A stretch of 64,000 bases of DNA from an uncultured Planctomycetaceae bacterium. Its GTDB lineage: Bacteria; Planctomycetota; Planctomycetia; Isosphaerales; Isosphaeraceae. Below the pieces are notes generated by a model. The model was not told the DNA's origin. It saw only the letters and a program-made list of their open reading frames with translations, and did not search any database. Below are positions 32,862 to 45,052 of this stretch, piece after piece (within the stretch, counting starts at the first letter, position 1; the number at the start of each line of letters is the position of its first letter). The stretch covers positions 1,632,001 to 1,696,000 of the forward strand of contig CAWIAD010000001.1 in assembly GCA_963833985.1 (NCBI GenBank), in the 5' to 3' direction. The position numbers and the translations under genes are program-made.

Positions 32862-34223
32862 ATGAAAACGGCGACAGAACTCAGCAATCGCACAGCATGC
32901 TGCCGACGAATGATCGCGCTCGGGCTGTCGATGTTGCCCCTGGGCCTGGTCGCCGGCTGTGCCGGCTGGAGCAGCCTGGGCCAGGCCGGAACCAGCCTCT
33001 CCAGCGCCTTGTGGAAGCGGTCTGGACCGGCGACCACGACGCCGGGATATGACCTCTATGCCGATACGGGCACGGCCGCACGGGCCCAGCTCGAAAGCGA
33101 CGAGCAGCTTGCCGACAACCAGGCAAAATCGCGCCGTACACAAGCGGTCGCCGAGGATCCCGCCGCCGACCTGGTGGCCCAGCGCGAGTCCGAACAGGAA
33201 AAAGCCGCCACGACCCGGAGGAACCGTGCACGTACGGGCGACACCAGCATCCGGGTGACGCTGGGACGGCCGGAAAGCTTGCCCACGCTGAAGGATCCCG
33301 TCGACACCGCCGGGCCGATGCTCGCATCCACCTCCACGGGCAACTGGAAACGTGGCGCGTCCGGGTCGGGCGAGCGAGCCGCCAGACCTGCCCGGCCTGC
33401 ACCGCCGCGCGCAGCCGGCGAGGCTCGCGAGCGTGTCGATCTCGCTGCGGCACAACGCTCGACCGACCGGGAACGGCAGCTCCAGGAAGTTTTGACCACG
33501 GCCCGGGAGCGGCTCGATGCGCTCTCCACTTACCGCGTGAACATCACGCGGGTGGAACGCGTCGGCGCAACACTCCAACCCGAAGAAGACGTGGTCCTGA
33601 ACATCCGCCGCAAGCCCAAGGCGGTCCTCCTGCAATGGACCAAGGGCCCAAGCCAGGGACGTGAGGTCATCTACTCGGCCGCGATCAACAACCGCATGAT
33701 GTACGTGAACTCCGGCAATTCCGCCTTGCCGATCCCGCGCATGACGCTGCCTGTGGATAGCCCGCTGGTTCTCAAGAGCAGCCGCCATCCGATCACCGAG
33801 GCTGGATTCGATACCATATTTGAGAACCTGTTCAAGTTCCTTGAGCCGAGGAATACACCCGACGCCGCGGACGGCAAGCTTGTCTACAAGGGCCTTGAGC
33901 GTCCTCCGGGGCTGAGCGAGCCTTGCCACCTGGTGGAACGGGTCACACCGAAGGGCGAGACCTGGAAGGTGTACCTGGACGACCGCACGTTCATGCCGGC
34001 CCTTGTCTCGGCGGCGAACACGAAGACCGGTGAACTGATTGAGCGCTACATCTACCGCGACCTGAATCCGAACCCCGCGGAACTGGCCGCCGCCGACACG
34101 TTCGATCCCGACAGGCGCTGGGGCGCTCCCAAAGGACTGCTCTCACGGCTCGCACGCGCGGCAGGCGCAGCCCCGGGCACGGCGGCCGCCCAGGCCGGTT
34201 CCCGCCAGACGACGACTCGCTGA
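32862..34223 (+). CDS. DUF1571-like lipoprotein
   Basis: Lipobox LVAGC; RVERVG, GREVIY, SRHPITEAG, ERYIYRDL. Confidence 0.75.
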   Translation: MKTATELSNRTACCRRMIALGLSMLPLGLVAGCAGWSSLGQAGTSLSSALWKRSGPATTTPGYDLYADTGTAARAQLESDEQLADNQAKSRRTQAVAEDPAADLVAQRESEQEKAATTRRNRARTGDTSIRVTLGRPESLPTLKDPVDTAGPMLASTSTGNWKRGASGSGERAARPARPAPPRAAGEARERVDLAAAQRSTDRERQLQEVLTTARERLDALSTYRVNITRVERVGATLQPEEDVVLNIRRKPKAVLLQWTKGPSQGREVIYSAAINNRMMYVNSGNSALPIPRMTLPVDSPLVLKSSRHPITEAGFDTIFENLFKFLEPRNTPDAADGKLVYKGLERPPGLSEPCHLVERVTPKGETWKVYLDDRTFMPALVSAANTKTGELIERYIYRDLNPNPAELAAADTFDPDRRWGAPKGLLSRLARAAGAAPGTAAAQAGSRQTTTR

Positions 34224-34513
34224 CTGCCAATGTGACGCGAAAGCGTGCAGTGCACCGGGTGGGCCAGCGTCGAAACCGATCTCGATGTTTCGCTTTAACA
34301 ACAAACCTAGCAATGAGATGCTACGATTGATACGAGTGGTAAGCAAGCTGCGATAAAGTTCGGCCCAAGGGTTGCATGCCAGCTTCTTTGTACGAGTCAA
34401 TAAAGCGATCCGTGAAATGAGCAGTTTTGCCGTGGCGGGTCGTGTCAGCCCCGCACAGGATGGTCCTGCCCCGGATCGCTGAACCTGATCGACCAGGTGT
34501 GAGTGTGCCTGCC

Positions 34514-34897
34514 ATGCCTGAGCTTCAGCCATACTCCATTCTCATCACCGACGACGACCCGGCCGCGCGTGAGACGCTGCGCGACGTCTTCGAGCCGGAA
34601 GGCTTTCGCACGCTCCTTGCCGAGAGTGGAGAGGAAGCGATCGATATCGTCCAGGACCACGAGGTTCATCTCGCGCTCATGGACATGCACCTGCCGCGTC
34701 TCTCCGGTCTTGAGACCATCGCCATCGTCCGCCAGATCAAGGGCGTGATTCCCGCCATCCTGATCTCCGCCGACCTTGACGACAACTTGCTGCGGCGCGC
34801 CCTGTCCGAGCATGCCTTCTGTGTCCTGGCCAAGCCGGTGAGCAAGAGCGTGGTGATCTACGTGGTAACCAAGGCGCTTCAGAAGTATTACAATTGA
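34514..34897 (+). CDS. Single-domain response regulator
   Basis: ILITDDD, MDMHLP, ISA, KP. Confidence 0.92.
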   Translation: MPELQPYSILITDDDPAARETLRDVFEPEGFRTLLAESGEEAIDIVQDHEVHLALMDMHLPRLSGLETIAIVRQIKGVIPAILISADLDDNLLRRALSEHAFCVLAKPVSKSVVIYVVTKALQKYYN

Positions 34898-34946
34898 GCT
34901 TCCGACCCCCCTGGCCCCAGACCCGCCGCCAGCGGCTCGCCTTGCC

Positions 34947-36314
34947 GTGATCATGGTGCTGATGTCTGGCGGTGTCTGCCCTCGGGCGTGGCCCCACGAC
35001 ATCCCGAACCAGCGGGTGGACCGATCGACCCAGGTGACTGTTCGCCCTGGTGTCCTGGAGATCGATTACGAGGTGAGCCTCACGGAGCTCACGCTCACGC
35101 AGGACCTGCGCACCCTGATCGGGCCCATGCCGGGCGCCGAACGCTCGCAGTGGCTGGCTCGTTACGGCCAGGTGACCGGTCCGCTCGACGCCAAGGGTTT
35201 CCTGGTCCGCTGTGCTGGTGAGCCGCTCGATCTGTCCGTGCGCGGGTACGACCTCGTCGTCGAGGAGCATCCGCGATACACCTTTCACTTCCAGGCAAGC
35301 CTGCCCCGGCGCGGCCGGCTGTCTGTGCACGACACCAACTACGCCTCGAGCGAGGGAACCAGCCGGCTCGCGGTTCGCGGCCGTGACGGCGTGCGGATTC
35401 ATGGCGATGCACTGCCGGAGAACGTGGAGGAGATTGCCATTCAGCCCCTCTGGCAGCTGGGCGACGAGGAGGAGCGCAGAACGCGGCAGGTGCAGGTCCG
35501 GTTCGAAGCGACCGGGAACGACGACTCCGGATCGCCTGCGGCCGTGGCCGCGCCGGTCGTTACTCCTCTGGAGGAAGACGCCAGTACCCCCACCAGTGTC
35601 GAGAGCGGGCAAGCGCCTGTCGGTTCCAGCTGGTCTTCCCGGCTCCCGCTGCTGCTGGACGGAGCGACCCGCCAGTCCTGGATCAGCCTGCTGCTCGTGG
35701 CCGCGGGTCTGGGTGCGCTGCATTCGCTGCAACCCGGCCACGGCAAGACCCTGGTCTCGGCGGTGAGCCTCCAGCCGCAGGCGTACTGGTATCAACCCGC
35801 GCTCCTGGGACTGGTGACGACCATGGCTCACACGGGAAGCGTGCTGGTGATTGCCGCGGTCCTCTGGGTGACCGGTGCCTCGCGGGTTGCCGCGCTGCAC
35901 CGGCAGCTCATGCAAATCGCCGGGTTCGTGATAGCGGCCGGCGGGTTCTGGAGAATCGGACGCCATCTGGGTGGCTGGGAAGATCATCACGGCCAGGACT
36001 CGCGTGTCGGGGGCCCGATCTCTGCGATGAGCCTGGTGGCGCTCGGGCTGGCCGGCGGGATGGTACCTTGCTGGGATGCCGTCGGGCTGCTGGTGCTCTC
36101 CGCGGCGATCGGCCGGCTGGCCGCCGGCGTTGCCCTGGTGGTGGCGTTTGGCGCAGGCATGGCCGTGGTGCTCGTGGGCGCGGGGCTGCTGGCCTCCCGG
36201 CTGAAATCGACGTTGCTCTCCGCCAGGTCGTGGTCGTGGTCGTGGGAGCCGGCGCTCGGACTCCTGAGCGGCCTGATCCTGGCGGCGATTGGCCTTCTGT
36301 TCTTTCTGGCGTGA
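34947..36314 (+). CDS. Ni/Co transporter (RcnA/NicO-like) with N-terminal extracytoplasmic domain
   Basis: GALHSLQPGHGKT, HTGSV, GGMVPC; signal peptide followed by HD. Confidence 0.8.
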   Translation: MIMVLMSGGVCPRAWPHDIPNQRVDRSTQVTVRPGVLEIDYEVSLTELTLTQDLRTLIGPMPGAERSQWLARYGQVTGPLDAKGFLVRCAGEPLDLSVRGYDLVVEEHPRYTFHFQASLPRRGRLSVHDTNYASSEGTSRLAVRGRDGVRIHGDALPENVEEIAIQPLWQLGDEEERRTRQVQVRFEATGNDDSGSPAAVAAPVVTPLEEDASTPTSVESGQAPVGSSWSSRLPLLLDGATRQSWISLLLVAAGLGALHSLQPGHGKTLVSAVSLQPQAYWYQPALLGLVTTMAHTGSVLVIAAVLWVTGASRVAALHRQLMQIAGFVIAAGGFWRIGRHLGGWEDHHGQDSRVGGPISAMSLVALGLAGGMVPCWDAVGLLVLSAAIGRLAAGVALVVAFGAGMAVVLVGAGLLASRLKSTLLSARSWSWSWEPALGLLSGLILAAIGLLFFLA

Positions 36315-36427
36315 GCTTTGAACGAACGGTTCAACTAATGCCGCGGCTCACGTTCACGCTGGAGTCACGTGCTGGCAAGATGCGCTCAAGGATGGAGGAT
36401 TCGCGATTGAAGATCCTGTCAAAGGTG

Positions 36428-37643
36428 ATGCCGTCGGTGCCAACCCTGGCTGGCTCGTCGCCCCGTATCCGGCGGATTGATCTGCTGGGCGTCCACGTGC
36501 CGCTCAAGAAAGTGGTCAAGCACGCCTCGCACAGCCGCAGCGACAGCGAGAACCTGGTGGTGCGGGTGGAGTTGGCCGGGGGGCAAGAGGGCTATGGCGA
36601 GGGTGTTCCTCGCAGCTACGTGACCGGCGAGACCATCGAATCCACGTTCGCCACGCTGAGCGGCCAGGACTGGGCGCGCAGGATCGGCCGCCCTGGGAAT
36701 TTCGCCGAGGTTGTGGACCGCCTGAAGACGCTGACGGTTCCTGAGAACGATGCCGATTCCCGCGGCATGGCCGGCAACGCGGCGCACTGCGCACTGGAGC
36801 TGGCGGTGCTGGACGCCTATGGACGCCACTTTGGCGAGCCCGTGGGACGCGCCGTGGAACTGGCCGATGTGCCCGGCCTGGTTTCCTTCCCCAGACCCCG
36901 GAAAGTCCGCTACGGCACGGCGATCACGGCCGATACGCGGTTTCAGGAGCTGCGCTCGGCATTCAAGTTTTATGTCTACGCTTTTGGCAACGTGAAGGCG
37001 AAGGTCGGTGTGGCGGGGCAGGATGACGTCAGGCGAGTGCGCTGGTTTCGCTGGATGCTGGGTCCGAAAGTGGACCTCGTGCTGGACGCCAACGAGGCCT
37101 GGAGCGCCGAGGAACTGCTGGAGCGGGTGCGGCCGCTGGCGCGGTACTCCATCGAGGCCATCGAGCAGCCCGTGCCGCATGCCGAGGTCCAGAAGCTCGC
37201 CGCGCTGCGACGCCGGCTCGGTGTGCCCGTCATGCTCGACGAATCGCTCTGCGGCTATCCGGACGCGGTCGCCGCGGTGCGAGAAGGCACAGCCGACCTG
37301 TTCAACGTCCGGTTGTCGAAGTGCGGAGGCATCCTTCCCAGTCTGCGGATCATCGGCCTGGCCCGGCGACTCCGGGCTGGGCGTGCAGCTTGGCTGCCAT
37401 CCCGGAGAGACGGCCATCCTCTCCGCCGCGGGCCGGCAAGTGGCCAGCCGCGTCAGCGGCCTGCGCTGGGTCGAAGGTTCGTATGACCGGCACATCCTAC
37501 GCAGCAACGTCACCCGCGAAGACCTGACCTTCGGCTACGGAGGCTATGCCTCGCCGCTCACGGGTCCCGGTCTTGGCGTCTCCATAGACACCCCGGCGCT
37601 GGAGCGGATGGTCACCAAGCGACATGAGATGATCTATGACTGA
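36428..37643 (+). CDS. Enolase-superfamily (MLE/dipeptide epimerase-like) enzyme, frameshift at ~37368; start uncertain
   Basis: GYGEG.PR.YVTGE, KAK, DANE, IEQP, LDES, SKCGG, C-terminal GPGLGV. Confidence 0.82.
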
Positions 37644-38505
37644 AGCATGCATGGAATCGACATGGCAGTCCCGGACCTTTCAGGCCTCCGACGGCTACCC
37701 GTTCCACGTGGCGGTCTGGCCCCCGACGATTCCAGCTTGTGGAAGGATCGTGGTCCTCCATGGAGTGCAGAGCCACTCCGGCTGGTACCATTCCCTGGGC
37801 CGCAGCTTGGCGGCCGCGGGCTACCATGCCTCGTTTCCCGACCGCCGCGGTTCCGGACCGAACCAGCGCGATCGCGGCCATGCGCCGGGCGGAAGGCGGC
37901 TGGTCCAGGACATCACCGAGTGGCTCCACTCTCTGCGTGCCGAGCAGGCCGAGGTACCGATCGTGCTGGCGGGCATCAGCTGGGGGGCGAAGCTGGCGCT
38001 CATCGTGGCGGCCCGCCATCCCGAGCTGGTCGACGGCATGGCTCTGGTTTGCCCGGGGCTGACGCCGCGGGTGGGCGTCTCCACGCGAGAGAAGTTTCAG
38101 ATCGCCTGGTCGCTGCTGACCAATCGCCGCAAGCTGTTTCCGATTCCACTGTCCGACCCCGCCCTGTTCACGGCCAATCCCGATGCCCAGGCATTCATCG
38201 CGTCCGACCCTCTGAGCTTGCGCCAGGGCACCGCGGGGCTGCTTGCGGCCAGCTTCTTCATTGACAGGCAGCTCAGGCGGGTGACCCGGCGGGTGTCACA
38301 GCCGGCACTGCTGATGCTGGCCGGGCACGACCGCATCGTCGATAACGCACGCACGCTGGAGTACTTTCAGAAACTGGCAGCACACGACCGGCAGGTCATC
38401 GAGTATCCCGAGGGCCACCACACCCTGGAATTCGACCCTGATCCCACGCGCTACGCGCGCGACCTCATCTCGTGGGCAACCGAGCACGTCCCGCGACGCC
38501 GGTAA
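37636..38505 (+). CDS. Alpha/beta hydrolase (lysophospholipase-like)
   Basis: HGVQSH, DRRGSG, GISWG, D and H catalytic positions. Confidence 0.88.
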   Translation: MTEACMESTWQSRTFQASDGYPFHVAVWPPTIPACGRIVVLHGVQSHSGWYHSLGRSLAAAGYHASFPDRRGSGPNQRDRGHAPGGRRLVQDITEWLHSLRAEQAEVPIVLAGISWGAKLALIVAARHPELVDGMALVCPGLTPRVGVSTREKFQIAWSLLTNRRKLFPIPLSDPALFTANPDAQAFIASDPLSLRQGTAGLLAASFFIDRQLRRVTRRVSQPALLMLAGHDRIVDNARTLEYFQKLAAHDRQVIEYPEGHHTLEFDPDPTRYARDLISWATEHVPRRR

Positions 38506-38546
38506 CCGGATGGAGCAGGAACCCGCGTGGCGCTCCGAGGCCGAGC

Positions 38547-39266
38547 TTACGACTTCGGTGTCGGCTGTTCCGCCGCTGGCCCCGTCTTTCGTGACACGCT
38601 GGCAGCCGGTTGCGGGCGGTTCCTGGACATCCTGGCGGACGCCGGGCGACTGGTCTTCGGCGCCGCGGCTGGCTTCTTGCCGTCTGTCTCCAGTGAAAGC
38701 GCCACCGAGTTCATGCAATAGCGCAGGCCCGTGGGTGGCGGGCCGTCCTGGAAGACGTGCCCGAGATGGGCCCCACAGCGTTTGCACATGACCTCGACAC
38801 GGGCTTCGGCGGGGTCGCTGTAATCCCAGGCGGTGACCACGGCCTTGTTGCTGACCGGACGCCAGAAGCTGGGCCACCCGGTACCCGAGTCGAACTTGTG
38901 CCGCGCGTCGAACAGCTTGGCCCCGCAGCAGACGCAGACGAAGGTTCCCTTGAAATGTCCGGTGGAGTACTTGCCCGAGAATGGCTGCTCGGTGTCCTTC
39001 ATCCGGGTGACCATGAACTGCTGCGGCGTGAGCAGCCTCTGCCATTCCTGGAGGCTTCGAACGACCTGCTCGGGCTCCTGCTTGCCGTCCGCGGCGAGTG
39101 ACTTGGAAGCGTCGGTCCTGGCGGCCGGGTCCCTGGCCGGGGCGCCCGTCTGCGGGGGCACACGGAAGGGATCGGAGCCCTGGGCCAGGGCTTCTCCGGC
39201 GCCCAGGATGCAGGTACTGGCCGCGAACAGCAGTACGGAGCGAACACGGAGCGATCGTCTCATCAT
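38547..39266 (-). CDS. msrB: Peptide-methionine (R)-S-oxide reductase with N-terminal signal-like peptide
   Basis: TEQPFSG, CVCC, KFDSGTGWPSF, CKRC.AHLGHVF.DGPPPTGLRYCMNS. Confidence 0.93.
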   Translation of the reverse strand: MMRRSLRVRSVLLFAASTCILGAGEALAQGSDPFRVPPQTGAPARDPAARTDASKSLAADGKQEPEQVVRSLQEWQRLLTPQQFMVTRMKDTEQPFSGKYSTGHFKGTFVCVCCGAKLFDARHKFDSGTGWPSFWRPVSNKAVVTAWDYSDPAEARVEVMCKRCGAHLGHVFQDGPPPTGLRYCMNSVALSLETDGKKPAAAPKTSRPASARMSRNRPQPAASVSRKTGPAAEQPTPKS

Positions 39267-39328
39267 TCCGGCTCCTGCAAGGAGGGTCCTGTCACCGACA
39301 TCAACACGAATCTGCATCTGACGAACGA

Positions 39329-40798
39329 TCACCTGGCTGCGGGCTTGTCGTTCTGATCTTTCTGAGCTGGAAGGCGGAACTCGCTCCTGGTGGCCTTGAA
39401 GGCACTCTCGAGCAGGCTCTCGGTCGCGGCAGGGGGGAAGCCCTCCACGACGGCCACGTCGCTGCCGCGCCGTTCCACGACCCGGCAGACGTTGTCGGTA
39501 CAGCGCCAGAGCGAGTCGGGAATCCGCTCCGGCTGGAATGCGGTCTTGCCCATCCGCCGGGTCTGGTAGCGGGTGTAGGACTCGGCGAACTCCCGGGCGT
39601 CTGCCTCACTGTCCCAGGTGGAAAGCCAGACCAGGCCGAGCTTCTTCTCGGGCGTCTCGAATACCGCGTAGCGATCACCGTCCCAGCCGGCGGCGGCCTT
39701 CGCGCCGGAGCGGCCCAGCAGCACCGAAGTCTGAAGCTCACCGAGCACGTTCCGTCCCAGCTCTTTCCAGGGCGCGCCGGGCGTCAGCTTGCCCAGGTCC
39801 AGTATCATGGGCAGATCCAGCTTGGCCAGGTACTTCTCGGGATGGATGATCTGCTCGGTGGAGACAGGGGGACGGCGATACGCCTCGTCCACGGATTTCC
39901 AACCGCCCCGGTTCGCCAGTGTGGCGCAGAAGACCATGCCGCGGAGGTAGGGGAAGATCATGCTCTCGGCGACGATCGGCGGCGCGGTCCGCATGGTCTT
40001 GCCCCCGCCGATGATCGACAGGAACGGGCTCATCAGGCTCAGGCCGCGGTCGAGGTCGGCGGCGGGCATCTGGACGATCTTGGAGCCGTCCCAGTCGTCC
40101 ATGCCCGCTCCCATCATGGCCAGGGTCGCCTCGCCCTCGATGAGCGCCGAGACCGCCAGCGCACGGTCATCGTCGTGCTTGGCGTCGTCCTGGAGCCGCT
40201 CCAGATCGTAGTGCTGGTCCGCAAGGGCGTGGGTCAGCTCATGGGCGATCACGGTCTTGTTCTCGTCCTTGTCGAATCCCTCGTGCTTGCCGAAGAGCCG
40301 CTCCAGAAGTGTGGGCTTTTCCTTGGTCTTCGACTCAGGCTCCTCGATCAGGTGCATCGTCTCGGTCTTGGGGTCGTAGAACGCGGCGATCTCCTCGGAG
40401 TAGACCTGTACCATGAGCGCTTTCAGGTCGAGCGAGCGCGGGATCAGGCCGAACGCCTTCATGGCCATCTCGTTGGCGTAGAACTCCTCGGGCGTCTGAT
40501 CCTCCTCGAATTCCTTGATGAGCATGGCCTTGAGCTGATCGCGCTTGGTGACGTCCCGCTTCACCTCGTGCTTGAACGGGATCTTGCGGAGCCGCGGCAA
40601 GAGCTGCTCGAAGGCGCTCTTGTAGCGCATGACTGCCTCGGCCGGCTTGCCGGCGTCGGCCAGCCGGTCACCCTCCGCCAGCAGCTTCGTCCCTATCTTC
40701 AAGGCGGCGTCAACCTCATCGCACCGCCCTGCCGTCACCGCCGTTGCCAGCCAGGTGATCGTCGCCAACAACGGGGCCAGGCATTGCACCAAACGCAT
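39329..40798 (-). CDS. Exported putative zinc metalloprotease-like protein (HExxH)
   Basis: Signal peptide, AHELTHALADQH, LIEGEA, FPY, STEQIIHPEKY, AAGWDGD. Confidence 0.7.
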   Translation of the reverse strand: MRLVQCLAPLLATITWLATAVTAGRCDEVDAALKIGTKLLAEGDRLADAGKPAEAVMRYKSAFEQLLPRLRKIPFKHEVKRDVTKRDQLKAMLIKEFEEDQTPEEFYANEMAMKAFGLIPRSLDLKALMVQVYSEEIAAFYDPKTETMHLIEEPESKTKEKPTLLERLFGKHEGFDKDENKTVIAHELTHALADQHYDLERLQDDAKHDDDRALAVSALIEGEATLAMMGAGMDDWDGSKIVQMPAADLDRGLSLMSPFLSIIGGGKTMRTAPPIVAESMIFPYLRGMVFCATLANRGGWKSVDEAYRRPPVSTEQIIHPEKYLAKLDLPMILDLGKLTPGAPWKELGRNVLGELQTSVLLGRSGAKAAAGWDGDRYAVFETPEKKLGLVWLSTWDSEADAREFAESYTRYQTRRMGKTAFQPERIPDSLWRCTDNVCRVVERRGSDVAVVEGFPPAATESLLESAFKATRSEFRLPAQKDQNDKPAAR

Positions 40799-40875
40799 GA
40801 ATTCATCCCGATTCAAAAGTCCAGAGAAAAAAGGGGCGGCCGAAAGAGGGAACCGACCCGCGCGGTGAACCGTGC

Positions 40876-42188
40876 TCACCGGGCCCGATTGAGTCCTGGC
40901 GGCATGGCGGCCGCGGTGGATCCGGACGGCCGCACGCGCTGCGCGGGAAGTGCCTTGGACGCCACGGCGTTGTCCTTCACCAGCTTGATATTCAGAAGCT
41001 GTCTGGCCGCATCCACACGCACCTCGGAGGAGTCTCGCGGGCCGTTGCGGGAATTCACCGTGTGATAGTGAATCTCGTTGGCGATGAAGTCGAGAATGCC
41101 CGCCTCGGGTATGCCGTAGCGGCGCAGCAGCCGCACCTTGCCTTCACGTGTCATCTTGCCGCCGAAGTGGGACAGCAGATACTTGGCCTTGGAACGGAGG
41201 TCGTCGCTGTAGTTCCGGCCGTAGCGGTTGCACAGGCTTTCGATCTCCAGCGAAGCGGATCGCCCGCCGAGCCTGATCGCCTCGCGCAGCTCGCGGTGGA
41301 AAGCCGCCCGCTCGTCCTCGACGCGCGCCTGGGCCTGCGCATCGAGTGCCTCGCGGGCGTGGTCCTTGATGCTCCGGAGCTGGCTCAGCTCGGCTTTCTT
41401 GCCGGCCGCCTCGGCCTGGATGTCGCGGATGAGCTCCTCACGCGTTGGTTCCTGCCTGAGATCCGGCGTCATCTCTCCGCCGGCCGGTTCGCTACCCGCG
41501 ACGGCCTCCGCGCTTTCCGCGATCCCGGTCAGCGGCGCCCGCGAAACCGGCAGCTCGTCGAATGGACTTGCATCGGAGGCAGGAATGGAGAAGCCGACCG
41601 TCACCGCCGGCCTGGCGGCTGGCCGGCTCGTGGTCGCGGCCACGAGTTCCGTCTTGCCGGGCTCCGCCGCCGGGGCTGGCCCGGCAGTCGCTGGAAGGGA
41701 GGAGGAGGATGCGGCCGTTCCGGGATTCACCGCGGATTCCAGGGCCGCTGCTGGTGAGCCGGCCGGTTTCCCGGCGGATGCCAGCGCGGCAGGAAGCCCG
41801 GTGCCAGGCGTGTCGAGCGACAGGAAGTCCGCCGATCTTGGCAGTGAGTTGAGGGCCAGCGGCATGCCACCGTCCGTGGGCTTGCTCGCGCCCGGGTTTC
41901 CGGCGGTCGAAACGACCAGGGCGGTTTCCACCGGCGTGGCCTCCACCTGGCTGGCCGCCGCCGGCCTGGAGACGACGGGCGGAGGCAGCGCGCGACGGGC
42001 CCGGGCGGTGCCCCGGTAATACATCGCCAGCGACCCCAGGGGGACCAGGACAACCACCGGCAAGACCAGGTACCAGGGAATGCCGCGCGAGCGGTAGTGG
42101 ATCACGACGACCGGCTGTGTCGGCGGCGGCGATTCGATCACCTCCTCGAGATGAGCGGTCTCCAGGTTGATCTCCTCGTTCTCCTCGA

Positions 42189-42192
<4 letters not shown>
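40876..42192 (-). CDS. Hypothetical single-TM protein with Ala/Pro-rich linker
   Basis: TM segment WYLVLPVVVLVPLG; ATGA overlap with the fumC stop. Confidence 0.7.
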
Positions 42193-43727
<1,535 letters not shown>

Positions 43728-43911
43728 GAGCGCTGCCTCCCTGGGTTCACGAGGCCGAAAGCCAGCGACCGGCATTCGACGCATGGCACGCACGCCGGCT
43801 CGCATCCGCCGGCCCCGGAAATGCGGCAATTCCCGGGCCAGACCCACGCGCCTGGCGGCCGGAGCGGGACACGGGCCGTGTGCGGCAGCCCGGAGGACCG
43901 AGCCGGCGCGG

Positions 43912-44715
43912 TCAGTTCAGGGCCGGCAATGCCGGCGGAGCGGGCTCGGGCGCCGGCAGGGCCGCCCCCACCTCTTCGCCCTCCGCCAGGTGCGGCAGCG
44001 GCCATTCCTCGAGCCGGACCTGGCCGCCCTGCACGACGACGAAAGGGCAGGGGGGCGACTCGATCCAGCTGCCGCTGTTGAGATAGAGAACGCCCTCGTG
44101 TTCGGCGGCCAGCGGCAGATGGGTATGGCCGCAGGTCACGTACTGGAAGCCCCGGCCGGCGGCGTATTCCGAGGCGCGCCGCATGATCAGCTCGCTGTTC
44201 CGCTGAAACCGCTTGGTGATCCTGCGAATCCACCGTGCCGCGCGGTGCGGCATGGACTTCTGGATGAAATAGAAGATCCCGCAGGCAATCTCCGTCAGCC
44301 AGGGATAGTCGGTGATGATCGTGTCAAACTGGTCGCCGTGGAGGATCAGCAGCCGGACCTCGCCGTTATCATAGACGTATTCATCGAGGATATCAACGCC
44401 CACGATATGGCTGATCGTATCGGCCGGGCCGTCATGGTTGCCGCGCACCCAGACCAGGCGAATATCGTCGCGGTCGGTGTTGCGGCGGATGACCTTCAGG
44501 CAGGCGAAATGGCGCTTCGTGAGCCGCTTGAAATTGAGGTCGTCGAAGATGTCGCCGTTGATGACCAGCTCGCGGCAATGGTCGACGGCCCAGGTGAGGA
44601 ATTCCTCGAGCAGTCTGGCCTGGCAGACGTCGCTGCCCAGGTGCAGATCGCTGATCACGATGCAGTCGTACCTCCGGCTCTCGTCGTAGCCGTTGGCGTT
44701 CGCAGCGGTCTCCAT
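43912..44715 (-). CDS. Metallophosphoesterase (UDP-2,3-diacylglucosamine diphosphatase-like)
   Basis: ISDLHLG, NGDIFD, GNHD, HGD, GHTH, NSGSW. Confidence 0.85.
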   Translation of the reverse strand: METAANANGYDESRRYDCIVISDLHLGSDVCQARLLEEFLTWAVDHCRELVINGDIFDDLNFKRLTKRHFACLKVIRRNTDRDDIRLVWVRGNHDGPADTISHIVGVDILDEYVYDNGEVRLLILHGDQFDTIITDYPWLTEIACGIFYFIQKSMPHRAARWIRRITKRFQRNSELIMRRASEYAAGRGFQYVTCGHTHLPLAAEHEGVLYLNSGSWIESPPCPFVVVQGGQVRLEEWPLPHLAEGEEVGAALPAPEPAPPALPALN

Positions 44716-45052
44716 CACGCGACTCCCGCGGTCATCCCAGGCTCGCCCGGCGGTGCCTTCCCCCGGCGGCTTTCTCGAGGCAGTTCCAGGAGCCGTGTCA
44801 AACCGATGAACGTGGCACATACGCCCGCAGCCCCTGGCGGCCTTTCCCGGAGGCAGCACGATCCGTTTCAGCTCAGCTTATCCCAGATGCCAGAACCAAA
44901 TTCATTGTGCATCCTATCTTAAAGCAACGTCTCCGGTCTGTCACCCTGATACATCAAATCTTCAAGATGTGGAGAAAGGCGCCGGGAACCTCGACAGGGA
45001 CGCGCCTCGGCGTGGTTGCCCCTGGCACAGGTTCCCGGCGGTGGCTTCGATC

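Noticed and set aside
34370..34384. TGGCATGCAACC on the minus strand as a sigma-54 site
   Set aside because: No correctly spaced TTGC -12 element
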